Below, one piece after another: positions 12,676-26,666 of a stretch of DNA of 64,000 nt. The notes below the pieces were generated by a model. It was not told the origin of the DNA. It saw only the letters and a program-made list of their open reading frames with translations, and searched no databases. The position numbers were made by a program, and so were the translations under genes. The DNA is from Azolla caroliniana (Eukaryota > Plantae > Polypodiophyta). How positions within the stretch are numbered: the first letter of the stretch is position 1; each line of letters begins with the position of its first letter. The stretch covers positions 21,452,001 through 21,516,000 of the forward strand of contig JBHGNT010000009.1 in assembly GCA_043228905.1 (NCBI GenBank). The letters are read 5' to 3'.

Positions 12676-15600
12676 TCAATCTTCTTTTCCATTTTGCTTT
12701 TTAGCCATCTCATCAACGTTTACAACTCCCATCATGTTCCGAAACTGTGTATGCTTTTCCACACTCAATCCCTTTGTGAGAATATCGGCAACCTGCTGAT
12801 TTGTATTCACATACACCAGATCAACTTCTCCTTCAATCACTTTTTCTCTAACAAAGTGATAATGCACTTCAATGTGCTTTGTTCTTGCATGGAACACAGG
12901 GTTCTTTGCAAGTTGAATGCTGCTCATGTTGTCACACCAGATTGTGACAGTACCGTCTATATACTCTCCCAAATCAGCAAGCAATCTTCTAATCCATACC
13001 TCTTCACAAGTGGCTATGGCAGCTCCTCTGTACTCAGCTTCAATACTAGACAATGCAACAGTAGCCTGTTTCTTGCTACTCCATGAAATACCTGCACTTC
13101 CCAATGTAAAGATATATCCACTTGTGGATCTCCTGTCTGTTTGGCTTCCAGCCCAATCAGCATCTGTATATCCTTCCAGATTTATGTCCAAATCAGCCCT
13201 GTAAAACAATCCATAGTTCTGAGTAGCTTTTACATACCTCAGAATTCTTCTAATGCAGTCCAAATGTGGCTTTGTTGGCTGTTGCATAAACTGGCTGACT
13301 AATCCAACAGCATAGCTCAAATCAGGTCTTGTTATAGTCAAATAAATAAGGCTGCCCACCATAGACCTGTACATGTTTACATCTTCTATCTTGGCTCCCA
13401 AATCAGCCCTCAACTTGCAGTTTTTATCAAGTGGTACAGCAATAGGTTTGCATCCAAGCATACCATACTTTTTCAACATAGTTGTTGCATACTGTTTTTG
13501 CAACATACATATACCACTTTCAGATCTGATGATTTCAATACCAAGAAAATATCTCAGATCTCCCAAATCTTTCATATGAAACTGCATTTCCAGATTTTTT
13601 TTCAACTTTCTTATTTCATCCACGGAATCTCCTCCAATAATCAAATCATCTACATAAATCAGAATAATAACAATGCAATCATTTTCACTTTTTACATACA
13701 AAGAAGGATCAGCTTTTGACATTTTGAAACCAAGATTTTTCAGATAATCTGAAAGTTCTCTGTGCCATGTTCTTGGTGCCTGTTTCAATCCATAGAGAGC
13801 TTTTTTCAGCTTACATACATAATCAGGTTGTTTCTTATCTTCAAAACCTGGTGGTTGACTCATATACACTTCTTCTTCCAAGTTACCATGTAAAAAAGCA
13901 TTTTTTACATCCATGTGATGCAAAATCCATTTTCTGGCTGCTCCTACAGCAAGTAGTGTTCTCAAGGTTGCCATCTTTGACCGGTGCAAAAGTCTCATCA
14001 TAATCAATCCCTTGCATCTGAGCATATCCTTTTGCAACCAATCTTGCTTTATGTCTACTTACATTTCCATTGGAGTCATGCTTTGTCTTGTAGACCCATT
14101 TGCAGCCTACCACATTTTTCTCTTTTGGTAACTTCACTAAATCCCACGTTTTGTTCTTAGCCAATGCATCAATCTCTTCTTGCATTGCATCCATCCATTT
14201 CTTCTCAGATTTTGCTTCTTCAAAGCTGTTTGGGTCAGGGATCTGTACCACCTTAGACATATATGCATAGTGCATAGCCATATATGTATCATACCCAAAT
14301 CTTTCCACAGTCTTTTTCTCTCTATCTGATCTTCTCAGTTTCTGATTTGCATTCTTTATTTCCTTTTCCATACCAGGGATTTTCATTTCCTGTATTCCAA
14401 GGAAATCATCCAAAGACATATCTGAATCTTCATCTTCCATGTTTTTTGATAGGTCATCCGGGATTTCATACTCTGGCATTTTCTGTTTTCCTTTTTTGTC
14501 ATCAGATTTTTTCTGTCCAGTTTTTCCACTCCATGAATTTGAATCAGATTTACCATCTGAGCTTTTTTGATGGTCCAGAACATTCTGTTGATGTTGGACT
14601 TTGCTGTCCAACCTTGTCTCCATCTCTGTGACAGTCTTCTACATTTTCTGATCTGTCTTTGTCTTCATTTTGACAGTCTTCATCAGTCTCTAGATTCTGT
14701 TTTGGGCTGTACCAACTAGCCAACTCATCAAATATCACATCTCGACTTGTCACAATCTTTTTAGTCACAGGGTTATAACATCTGTACCCTTTTTGTTCTT
14801 CTGAATATCCAACAAAGATACATTTTTCTGCTTTTGGATCCAACTTACTTCTTACTTCTGCAGGCACATGTACATATGCAAGGCATCCAAACACTTTCAA
14901 GTGTTGTAAGCTAGGCTTCCTGCCATAAAAACACTCTTCAGGAGTTGTCTCATGTACTCCTGATGTAATACATCTATTTAAAATGTAATTTGCTGTATTT
15001 ACAGCTTCTGCCCAATAGTATAATGGCATGTTCTTCTCAGTCATCATTGCCCTTGCTATGTTCACCAAAGTTCTGTTTTTCCTCTCAGCAACTCCATTTT
15101 GCTGTGGAGTATATCGGCATGTGAACTGTCTTCTTATTCCCTGATTACACAAAAAATCAGAAAATTCATTGGAGAAATACTCTCCTCCTCCATCAGATCT
15201 CAAACATTTTATCCTTGTACCAGCCTGCTTTTCTACCATGCATTTAAACTTACGAAAACAATCAAATACTTCACTTTTCTCCTTCATGAAGTACACCCAT
15301 GTCTTCCGTGAACAATCATCAATAAATGTAACATAAAATCTGCATCCACCAATAGATGCATTCTTTGTTGGTCCCCATACATCCGTATGTACCAAATCCA
15401 ACAGATTTTTGCTTACATGTCTTTCATGAGGGAATGGCAACCTGTTTTGCTTACCATATTGACATGCTTCACATACTTTTCCCATTTCACACTTTTTCAA
15501 ATTTGGCAGTCCAGCCATTGCATCTTTTCTCAACATATTCTTTAATGTTTGCATACTTATATGGCCAATCCTTTTATGCCACATTTCCACATCTGAGATT

Positions 15601-17554
15601 ACACTCGTTCCATTTGCAAACATGGCTGAAATCTGTTTGGGCATTTCTACATCCAAGATAAACATTCTTCCTTGTCTCTTCCCTTTTGCAATGAGCTTCC
15701 CATTCTTTTCTATATAGCATCCACTTGGCTTAAACTTTACTTGCATACCTTGCTCTACTATCTGTCCAACAGAAATCAGATTCTTAGCAAGATTTGGAAC
15801 ATGCATCACATTTAACATATACTTGGTTTTTCCTCTTTCTTCCCACAATGGGATATCTCCAACATGTTTTATTTGGTGAGTTGTGTCATCACCTGTTTGT
15901 ACATAACCAGGAACCTCTGGTTCTCTTAAACTCTCAAACCAATTTGCATGTCCAGTCATATGGTTAGATGCCCCCGAGTCTACATACCACGTAAACTCTT
16001 CATTACATTTCTGTGAGCTTTCAGCCACTGCTGCTATCTCATGTTGCACTACAAAACCACCTTCCTTTTCACAATCTTCACTAGTAGAGGCATAGTTACT
16101 CTGTTGTCCTTTTCCTCTTTTCTCATCATTTTGTTTCTTGTAACATTCAGCCTGTGTATGGCCTGGTTTACCACAATACCAGCAGCCATCATCATTTACA
16201 TAAGTTTGCTTACCTCTACCTCGGTTGCTCCCCCTGCCTCTATTGTTGTTTCCTCCTCTATGAGCTTGTTGTCCTCTTCCTTGAAAGCCATTATTATTGG
16301 TTCTTCCTGAGCCAAATCTTCCATGGCCTCTTCCTCGGCCTCTTCCGGCATTATTATAGAGGGCTTGCCCCTTGTTCTCTGAGTTTCCTTTATTTGCATC
16401 ATCCATCTGATTCCTCGGTAACATTCAGCCTGTGTATGGCCTGGTTTACCACAATACCAGCAGCCATCATCAATTTACATAAGTTTGCTTACCTCTACCT
16501 CGGTTGCTCCCCCTGCCTCTGTTGTTTCCTCCTCTATGAGCTTGTTGTCCTCTTCCTTGAAAGCCATTATTATTGGTTCTTCCTGAGCCAAATCTTCCAT
16601 GGCCTCTTCCGGCATTATTATAGAGGGCTTGCCCCTCGTTCTCTGAGTTTCCTTTATTTGCATCATCCATCTGATTCCTCGGTAACATTCAGCCTGTGTA
16701 TGGCCTGGTTTACCACAATACCAGCAGCCATCATCATTTACATAAGTTTGCTTACCTCTACCTCGGTTGCTCCCCCTGCCTCTGTTGTTGTTTCCTCCTC
16801 TATGAGCTTGTTGTCCTCTTCCTTGAAAGCCATTATTATTGGTTCTTCCTGAGCCAAATCTTCCATGGCCTCTTCCTCGGCCTCTTCCGGCATTATTATA
16901 GAGGGCTTGCCCCTCGTTCTCTGAGTTTCCTTTATTTGCATCATCCATCTGATTCCTTTCCTCTACCACAAGCATTGAGACCAGATCTGAAAAACTTGGG
17001 GTACTATCCCTTGTGAGCATAGAAGTTTTAAAACTCTTGTATTGAGGTCCTAAGCCTCTTAAGCATATTTCCACTTTGTCATCATCTTCTATCTTCACAT
17101 TGATAGAAGCAAGTGATTCACATATACTCTTGATTTTTAGGGCATACTCATTTATTGACATCTTACCTTTTTCTAAGGTATTTAGCTCAGTCTTCAACTG
17201 TAGCTTTCTAGCTTTTGTGTTTACTGCAAACAGTTTTACCAAACTGTCCCAAGCTTCTTTTGGGAGCATAGCATCTTGTATGTGCCCAAGCATCGAATCT
17301 GAGATGCTAAGTGAGAGCCAATGCATTACCTTCCTTGCCCCTTGATTCCAATCTTTGAATGCTTTAATCTGTGCTGCTGTGGCATTTTCTTCTGGGATCT
17401 CCGGAGCCTCTTCTAGGTCTCCTTCAATGTAATCCCAGTATCCTTTCCCCATTAGGAAATTTGTCATTCTAAATTTCCACGCCGGGAAATTGTTTTTATC
17501 TAGTTTCTCTGTAACTATTTGGCCCGCATTCTCTGCAGCCATTATCTCTTCCAA
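12676..17554 (-). pseudogene. Copia B gag-pol polyprotein (gag, protease, integrase, RT, RNase H), split by frameshifts
   Basis: ORFs 16475-17554, 14550-16424, 13883-14623, 12676-14037; WYVDSGASNH, HTDVWGP, IYVDD, YTDADWAG. Confidence 0.92.
16140..16957 (-). repeat. Tandem triplication of the gag RG-rich plus zinc-knuckle segment
   Basis: Units 16140-16415 (276 bp), 16418-16679 (262 bp), 16682-16957 (276 bp), each joined by the dinucleotide cg. Confidence 0.92.
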
Positions 17555-18686
17555 ACAAGGGTTTCTGCTACGATTACTTCAGCAAGTAACTCTTTGATTC
17601 AGATCAGCAAACAGAGAAATACCTTTCTCAGATCTATGCACTTTTGTACTCTTCTTTATGAGCAACTCTGCTCTGATACCATGTTAAGAAAACGTGAAGA
17701 AGGCACTCGAGCTCTTCTTATGTGCGCGGCGGATCGTAGTGTGTTGGATCTTTACCGTGCTCTAAACAGACAGAGAAAGGAAAGGGGACTTACCTCTGTA
17801 GTAGCAAAATGGTTTTCTTCTATTACATGTAGAGCTCAACTTGCTCTCGTCAGTCTTCTGGTCTCTCACTCTCTCTCAGAGTTTTCTACTCACTATTCTC
17901 TGTTTTTTCTTACTGCTTACTTCCTATTCACTCTCACTTACTTTTACCTAAGTCATAAGTTATTACACATGCAGCTAATTAGCTGCCAGTAGCTAATTAG
18001 CTGTCAGTCGCTAAATAGCTGTTCACTAGCTAATTAGCTGTCACTAGCTAAATAGCTGTTTTACCTTTTTGTTCACTAGTAGCTAAATAGCTACTATAGC
18101 TTATTTCTCATAAGCATCACATACCATGTTGAGCTTGCTTCTCAACATAAGCCACCTGGCTGTACTCTGTTCCTCGTGACCGTAACCGCTCAAGGTGAAA
18201 TCTCCTTGTGCAACATTGGCACAATCGTACTCCACTCGGTTAAACGGCATCCGAACAGGTCACCGAACGCTGCTCATCGCCCATTGTAACCACTCGGTGC
18301 AGATCGGTCTCAAGACAACAACCCCAATTCGTGCTTCATCCGGCTAATTGACATTCGGGAGGATCAATTGGATCCGTCTCTCTCGTCGCTGCAGTCATCC
18401 GAAGCAGAATCGGTCCAAATAATCAATTTCAATAATCGGTATTTGGCATATATATTCGGAAGCGAACCGGGCTCACTCCGACTCGGTAACATTCGGGAAG
18501 ACCAATCGGTTTTGTCCCTCGAGTTACCAGAGTCAATTCGAGCAAGTTCAACAATACATATATCCGAAACCGAACTGACTCGGGTTCAAATCCAACTAGA
18601 ACGATATCGGGTGAGCCGAACGGCTCCACTCCAACAAGGTTCGTAGTCAACTCCGAACCGAGCTTCGTCAACCGAAACCGAATCTG

Positions 18687-21149
18687 ATGGCATCAACATC
18701 CGGCTCATCGGAAATGAGTCTAAGGAGGCTCGACGGTTCGAACTTCAATTTTTGGAAGGAGCAAATGCAAGACTATCTTATAGTCAAGGGTCAGATCGAT
18801 CCGATTGAGAATGAAACTGCTCCAGAAATATACAAGGCAAATGAGTGGCAGAAGCTGGACAGAATCGTCCGCGCCACGATTCGGATGCACCTGTCGGAGT
18901 CAGTGTACTTCATAGTGCAATCGTGCACGACAGCCTTCGAACTTTGGAAGAAGCTGTCGGAAACCTACGAAAAGAAGGTCGCCTCAACGAAGATGTATTT
19001 GATCCGGCGCCTCTACAACCTGCGGATGAAAGACTCCGATTCGGTTCAGGCACACCTTAACGAGTACGAAAGTTTGAGCTCCCAAATCTCGTCACAGGGG
19101 ACGACAATCGAGGATGAACTCAGAGCAATGATACTCATGAGCAGTCTCCCCTTCTCTTGGGAAACCTTCGTTACAACTGTGTGCAACACTTCTACGACTA
19201 CCATCAAGTACTCCGAAGTCACAAGTGCAATCCTGACTGAAGCAGCTCGGAGAAAGTCTTTCACCAAAGACTCGGCAGAAGAAGCCTATGTAGTACAAGG
19301 TTCGACCGAACGATCGAACAACCGGGGAAGAAGTTCTTCCCGACCGCCGACAAATCAGCGAAGCCACAACAAGTCCTAGGAAACCCGAATTTGCAACTAC
19401 TGCAAGAAACCGGGACACATCAAGGCCGACTGTCGGGTACTCAAGTCAAAGACAGACAAAGCTCAGAGAGCTGATCAGAGGAGTAACTGACATGAGGAAG
19501 TCAACTACGTCGGCTCTTCAGCCGAGATATTGACGACCGACCCGAACATATTGTCCATAGAGAATCCAGTCGAATCAGAAGTTCTGCTTACGACTGAGGA
19601 ATTGAGCACATGGCTTCTGGACTCGGGCGCGTCGTATCACGTGACACCTCACCGATCACAGTTTCGGCAATATTCGGACCGGCACTCCGACTCAGTTCGA
19701 GTCGGCAATTCGCAGTACTGTGCTATCATTGGAATCGGCACCGTAGAGCTCAACCTTCCGAGTGGCTCTACACTCGTACTACACAACGTCTGACACGTTC
19801 CTGATCTCTCACGACCCTTGATCTCAGTTGGACAACTTGATGAAGCTGGCATCCGTGCTGGTTTCTCATCAGGAGGGTGGACACTCCATAGAGGGAACCT
19901 CCTGCTTGTATCAAGTTGGACAACTTGATGAAGCTGGCATCCGTGCTAGTTTCTCATCAGGAGGGTGGACACTCATTGTACCCTTTGTATGTCACACTCA
20001 GAGAGGGTGACTTATTTCTGGTAGATATCCCTATGTCATCCTTATGGCATGGACGACTTGGACACCTCAGCAAGACCGGCATCACGCACCTATCCAGAGC
20101 CGGATACATCCCGAAACTCTCCTTCTCGGACCATCAGTTTTGCGAGCATTGCCAGTACGGCAAACAGGTAGCCGCATCACACCCGACATCAACACCAAGC
20201 GAGTCGAGCCCGCTCGATTTGGTCCACTCGGACGTCTGTGGCCCGATGCCACATCAGTCACTCGGTGGTGCCTCGTACTTCGTCAATTTCATTGACGACT
20301 CGACTCGGAAGGTGTGGGCTTACCCCATCAGAACCAAAGATCGGGTGTTCTCGATCTTCTCAGATTGGCTCGCAATGGTCGAAAACCAGACCGGTCGGAA
20401 ACTGAAGTGTCTCCGAACCGACAATGGAGGTGAGTTCAAATCTGATGAATTCGTCAAATTTTGCTAAGAACGCGGCATTAGACGTGAATATACGGCACCA
20501 TATAGTCCGGAGCAAAACGGAATCGCAGAACGCATGAATCGGACGATTCAAGAACACCTTGTATCCATGCTCCAACACTCCGGACTGTCGGATGGCTTCT
20601 GGGCAGAGGCTCTACTCACGACAATACACATAATCAATATGTCACCAAGTAGACCTCTAGGACTTAAGATACCTCAGGAAATATGGACCGGCAAAAAGCC
20701 GAATTATGATAAGCTGAGGATTTTCGGTTGCGAGGCATACGCCCTCATACCGAAAGACGACCGCCGAAAGCTCGAACCGAGATCAAGGAAATGCATTTTC
20801 CTTGGGTACGGACCCGACGGCGAGATCGGATACCGACTCTGGGACCCCGAGCACAGGCAAATCGTTCGAAGTTCGGACGTCGTGTTCAACGAGTCGACTA
20901 TGCACAAAACGGCCGAAAGGCCTATTGAAGTCCGAAGGGTAATATTTTCCGAAGTGCCAACCCTTCATGACGGCCCAGCACACAACACGAGACCAGTTTC
21001 ACGGGTAACCAACTTCTCTCGCACCGAATCCACAAATTCGGCACAGCCGAATGGCTCGACTTCCGACCATCCGACATCGACACCCGGTGCGACCAGTCCA
21101 GTCATACCTCGAAGATCTGAGAGACTTTCGCAACCTCTGGAGAGGTACT
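18687..21149 (+). pseudogene. Copia A gag-protease-integrase portion with stops and an internal ~88-bp duplication (19820-19970)
   Basis: MASTSGSSEMSLRR..., WLLDSGASYH, HSDVCGP; closely similar to element C. Confidence 0.9.
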
Positions 21150-21232
21150 TGTTGGAGACAATGTCGTCTTTGCGGAAGATCAAGAAGCATTCGATTCTTC
21201 TCTGTACCTGCGTATGACAGTTTCTAGGTCGT

Positions 21233-21279
<47 letters not shown>

Positions 21280-24200
21280 AAAACAACTTTCTATTTCCCA
21301 AAGCAATAATACAACATCCAACCTTACAAGAAGGTTACAAGGTCACTATATATAGTGACCGACTTAGGGCAACTACCCTTTATGCTAATTACATAAATGG
21401 CCAAAACGGGATAGTGTGAATACGTCCATTATACACATGTATTCGACACTCCCCCGTAATGGGCGTATACATGGGTTATCTAAGATTACAGGTATAGACT
21501 TAGGTTCTCGGACATATCAGCTTTGTTCGAGTCGGCAGGGTCCGAAGGCAGAAGACCGAACTGGTCGGGTCGGAACAGTTGAAGCCGATCATTAAGGAAC
21601 TGATGTCGGTTGTCGGGAACCATCCTGCTCTGTGTCCGGCTCTAACCGGACTGGTTTGTCGTTACGCCCATCTGATGCCGAAGAGACCGAAAACGGTCTG
21701 CCGAAAGACACTTGGTCATTCCATCTGCGACATTGTCGGTTGTGGATATTTTCTCTAGACCGATTTTCCCTGAAATGACGCAGTCCCGAACGAAGTGATA
21801 TCGAACGTCGATATGCTTGGAGGCGTTGTGGTGAACCGGATTTTTCGACAGGGCAACAGCACCTTGACTGTCGCTATAGACAACTGGGGCCGAGTCATGG
21901 TCGACTTGTCGAAACGTGTGCGCCAGCCGACCGAGCCACAAAGCTTCTTTTGCTGCGTCGGACGCAGCTACATATTCTGCTTCGGTCGTTGAGGTCGCTG
22001 TGCACTCCTGAAGTTTCGACTTCCACGAAATTGCTCCATTGCCGAATTTGAAGCAGTATCCGGTTGTTGATTTCCGACTGTCTATACAGCCGGCGAAGTC
22101 CGAGTCGGTGTAACCGACTACGCCTGAGGTTCGGTTCGGACCGAAAAGAATGCCATGGTCTTTTGTGCCAGCCAGATATCTGAACACATGCTTGACTGCG
22201 TTCCAATGCGATCGGCCGGGATTGTGCATAAATCTGCTAACGACTCCTACGGCATGAGAGATATCAGGCCGTGTCGCGACCATCAGGTACATAAGGGAGC
22301 CGACTGCCGGTGCATACGGTACCGACTTCATATCTTCCCCCTCCGGACCGGATGTCGGGCAGTCTCGCTGAGAGAGCCGAAGATTCATGGGAAGCGGGGT
22401 TGAAGCAGATTTGGCTGATTGCATGTTGAAGCGGTCCAAGACACGTCCGATATAGTCGGTCTGAGACAAAAAAAAGATGTCGTTTATTGCGATGCCGACT
22501 AATCTTCATGCCAAGGATGTGTCGTGCCAGACCGAGGTCCTTCATGGCAAACTTCAACCGCAGTTGCCGAATGAGATCGGCAAGTTCGCCCGCGTGGCGT
22601 CCAGAAATTAGCATGTCGTCCACGTAGATGATGAGGAAGATGGGTGATCCATCTTGAGCTGTGTTGGTAAAAAGACAATGGTCCTCATCGCTTTTTGAGA
22701 AGCCGATCGATTGGATGAAGTCGTCGAACTTCTTGTACCATTGTCGCGGTGCCTGTTTGAGGCCGTATAGACTCTTCCTGAGTCGGCAGACTAGATGTTC
22801 TTGGCCAGTTGCCACGAAGCCTTTTGGCTGCTCCATATAAATTTCCTCCTCGAGATCGCCATGGAGGAAGGCTGTTTTGACATCTAGCTGAATCAGCTCC
22901 AAGTTGTCGGCTGCCACTACGCCGAGCAGAAAGCGGAGGGTTGTCATTTTCACCACTGGTGAAAAAATCTCGTCGAAGTCGACGCCATATTCTTGTCGGA
23001 AGCCCTTCGCAACTAATCTGGCCTTGTACTTTGGGGTGGTCGAATCAGACGTCTCTTTTAGTCGATAAACCCACTTGCAAGGAAGAGCACGTCGGTTCCT
23101 AGGTAATTCGACCAGATCCCAAGTCTTGTTTGCCCGAATGGAGTGCATTTCCGACTCCATCGCCAGATGCCAGGTGGCTGAATCGACAGATGTCGATGCT
23201 TCTTCGTAAGACGTCGGTTCGCCGGCGTCGGTGAAGAAGACTCCAGGAGAGTACCTCTCCGGAGGTTGCGACAGTCTCTCGGATCGTCGAGGTAAGATTG
23301 GACTGGTCGCATCGGGTATCAAGGTCGGATGGTCCGAAAGCGGATTGTTCTGCTGTGCCGAGTCGGAGTTGTCCGAGTCGGTGGTGTAAGGTTCAGCTAT
23401 CCGTGAAGCTGACCGTGTGTTGAGAGCGGGGCCTTCTTGAAGGGTCGGCACATCGGAAAATGTTACCCTTCGGACTTCGATCGGTTTTTCGATTGATGGA
23501 TTCATAGCCGACTCGTTGAACACAACGTCCGAACTTCGAACGATTTGTCTGCGTTCGGGGTCCCAGAGTCGGTATCCCATTTCGCCGTCTGATCCATAGC
23601 CAAGGAAAATGCATTTCCTGGACCGAGGTGCAAGTTTTCGGCGATCATCTTTCGGAATAAGGGCGTACGCCTCGCATCCGAAGATCCTCAGCTTGTCGTA
23701 ATTCGGCTTACGGCCGATCCATAGTTCCTGAGGAATTTGAAGTCCTAGAGGTCTACTTGGCGACATATTGATTATGTGTACTGCCGTGAGTAGAGCCTCT
23801 GCCCAGAAGCCATCCGACAGTCCGGAGTGTTGGAGCATGGAAACTATCCGTTCTTGGATTGTCCGATTCATGCGTTCGGCAATCCCGTTTTGCTCCGGAC
23901 TGTGTGGTGCCGTAAATTCACGTCGGATGCCGCGTTGTCGGCAGAATTTGACGAATTCTTCGGATTTGAACTCTCCCCCGTTGTCGGTCCGAAAGCATTT
24001 CAGTTTTCGGTCGGTTTGATTTTCTACCATAGCGAGCCAATCGGTGAAGATCGAGAAGACCCGATCTTTGGTGCGAATTGGATAAGCCCACACCTTTCGA
24101 GTCGAATCGTCAATAAAACTGACGAAGTAAGAGGCACCGCCTAGAGACTGATGCGGCATTGGGCCACAGACGTCCGAATGGACTAAATCAAGAGGTCTCG

Positions 24201-26450
24201 TTTCTCTTGGTGCTGATGTCGGGTGTGATGCGGCTACTTGTTTGCCATACTGGCAATGCTCGCAGAATTGATGGTCGGAGAAGGAGAGTTTGGGGATGTA
24301 TCCGGCTCTAGATAGGTGCGTGATGCCGGCCTTGCTGAGGTGTCCTAATCTTCGGTGCCATAGTGATGACACAGGAATATCCACCAAAAACAGGTTACCC
24401 TCTCTGAGCGTAACATGTAACGGATACAGGGAGTGTATCTTGGGTCCTCTAGCAAGCAGGAGGTTCCCCCTGTGGAGTGTCCACCCTCCCGAAGAAAAAC
24501 CGGCACGAATGCCGTCTTCATCTAGTTGTCCGACTGAGATCAATGGCCTTGAGAGCTCGGGTACATGTCGGACATTGTGGAGTACAAGTGTAGATCCACC
24601 TGCAAGGTTGAGCTCTATTGTGCCGATTCCGATGATGTCACAGTGTTGTGAGTTGCCGACTCGAACTGAGTCGGAGTGACGGATCGTATATTGCCGAAAT
24701 TGGGATCGATGAGGAGTCACGTGAAATGACGCGCCCGAATCTAAGAGCCATGTGCTCGATTCTTCAGTCGTGAGTAGAACTTCTGATCCGACTGGATTTT
24801 CGATTGATAGTATATTCGGGTCGTCTGGTAGCACATCAGCTGAGAAGCTGACGTAATTGATCTCCTCATGCCGGCCACTCTTCTTGTCTGATCTCTGAGA
24901 CTTGTCGTTCTTGTTCTTGAGTGCGCGGCAGTCGGCTTTGATGTGTCCGGGTTTCTTGCAATAGTTGCAGATTCGGTTATCCCGTGACTGGCTCCGTCTT
25001 CGCTGATTGTTCGGCGGTCGTGAGGAATCTCTTCCTCGTATGTTCGATCGGTCTGTCGAACCTTGTACTACGTAAGCGTCGTCTGTTGAGTCTTTGGCAA
25101 AAGACTTTCTCCGAGCTGCTTCGGTCAGAATTGCGCTCGTGACTTCGGAGTATTTGACAGCCGTGGTGGACGCGTTGCACACAGTTGTGACAAAAGTTTC
25201 CCATGATGAGGGAAGGCTACTCATGAGTATCATTGCTCTGAGTTCATCCTCGATTGCCGTCCCCTGAGATGAGATTTGGGAGCTTATACTTTCGTACTCA
25301 TTGAGATGTGCTTGGACCGAATCGGATTCTTTCATCCGCAAGTTGTAGAGGCGCCGGATCAGAAACATCTTCGTTGCGGCGACCTTCTTTTCGTAAGTGT
25401 CCGACAGTGTTTTCCACAGTTCGAATGCTGTCGTACACGATTGCACCGTAAAGTATACCGATTCCGATAGGTGCATCCGAATCGTGGCGCGGACGATTCT
25501 GTCCAGCTTCTGCCACTCAATTGGTTTGTATCCTTCTGGAGGTTCTTCATTTTCGATGGGATCGATTTGCCCCTTGACTATGAGATAGTCCTGCATTTGC
25601 TCCTTCCAGAAGTTAAAGTTCGATCCATCGAACTTTCGTAGACTCATTTCTGACGAGCCGGATGTTGATGCCATCAAGTTTGGTTTCGGTTGGCGAAGCT
25701 CGGTTCGGAGTTGACTACGAACCTTGAAGGAGTGCAGCCGGTTGGCTCACCCGATATCGTTCTAGTCGGATTTGAACCCGAGTCGGTTCGGCTTCGGATA
25801 TATGTATTTGTTGAACTTGCTCGAATTGACTCCGGTAGCTTGAGGGACAGAACCGACTGGTCTTCCCGGATGTTGCCGAGTCGGAGTGAGCCCGGTTCGC
25901 TTCGGATATATATGCCGAATACCGATTATTGAAACCGATTATCTGGACCGATTCTGCTTCGGGTGGCTGCAGCGACGAGAGAGACAGATCCAACTGATCC
26001 TCTCGAATGTCGATCAGCCGGATGAAGCACGAATTGGGGTTGTTGTCTTGAGACCGATCTGCACCAAGTGGTTACAACGAGCGGCGAGCAGCGTTTGTTG
26101 ACTACTTCGGATGCCGTTTAACCGAATGGAGCACGATCGTGTCAATGATACACAAGGGGATTTCACCTCGAGCGGTTACGATCACAAGGAACAGAGTACA
26201 ACCTGATGGCTTACTCCAAGCAAGAGGATCTAACGCGATGAGGTGCAAAACCTCGTTTTTCTTTTGTTCTTCTTCTCTCTTTTTCGAATGACGCAGGAAA
26301 CCGAATGCTGAGACGACGGCCGACAGCGGATTGAAGGACCGACTACTGTGCAGGCTCTGATACCAGATGTTGGAGACAATGTCGTCTTTGCGGAAGATCA
26401 AGAAGCATTCGATTCTTCTCTGTACCTGCGTATGACAGTTTCTAGGTCGT

Positions 26451-26493
<43 letters not shown>

Positions 26494-26666
26494 AAAGAAA
26501 ACAACTTTCTATTTCCCAAAGCAATAATACAACATCCAACCTTACAAGAAGGTTACAAGGTCACTATATATAGTGACCGACTTAGGGCAACTACCCTTTA
26601 TGCTAATTACATAAATGGCCAAAACGGGATAGTGTGAATACGTCCATTATACACATGTATTCGACA
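21150..26666 (-). mobile_element. Ty1/copia element C (same family as A, young)
   Basis: 299-bp LTRs 21150-21448 and 26368-26666, near identical; PBS 26354-26365; PPT 21449-21456; TSD GTACT. Confidence 0.96.
21642..25677 (-). CDS. Copia C gag-pol polyprotein, one frameshift at a homopolymer (~22468-22475)
   Basis: 1137-aa ORF with CNYCKKPGHIKADC, LDSGAS, HHCC/DDE integrase, IYVDD; continues in the 275-aa RNase H ORF (YTDSDFAG). Confidence 0.9.

Larger units (their letters stand above)
12188..18147 (-). mobile_element. Ty1/copia element B (full length, frameshifted)
   Basis: LTRs 12188-12635 and 17682-18147 (TG...CA, few differences, one 18-bp duplication); PBS 17670-17681; PPT 12636-12644; TSD TAAGC. 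Confidence 0.95.

Noticed and set aside
16154-17016. Plus-strand ORFs of 232 and 106 aa
   Set aside because: Antisense shadows of the triplicated gag segment
17519-17992. 157-aa ORF and other LTR-spanning ORFs (26102-26539, 28038-28262, 33273-33497)
   Set aside because: Low-complexity LTR/microsatellite translations without recognisable motifs
18429-18671. Antisense ORF conserved between the A and C leaders (also 25690-25932)
   Set aside because: No ATG, and the synonymous bias mostly favours the sense frame; explained by DNA similarity
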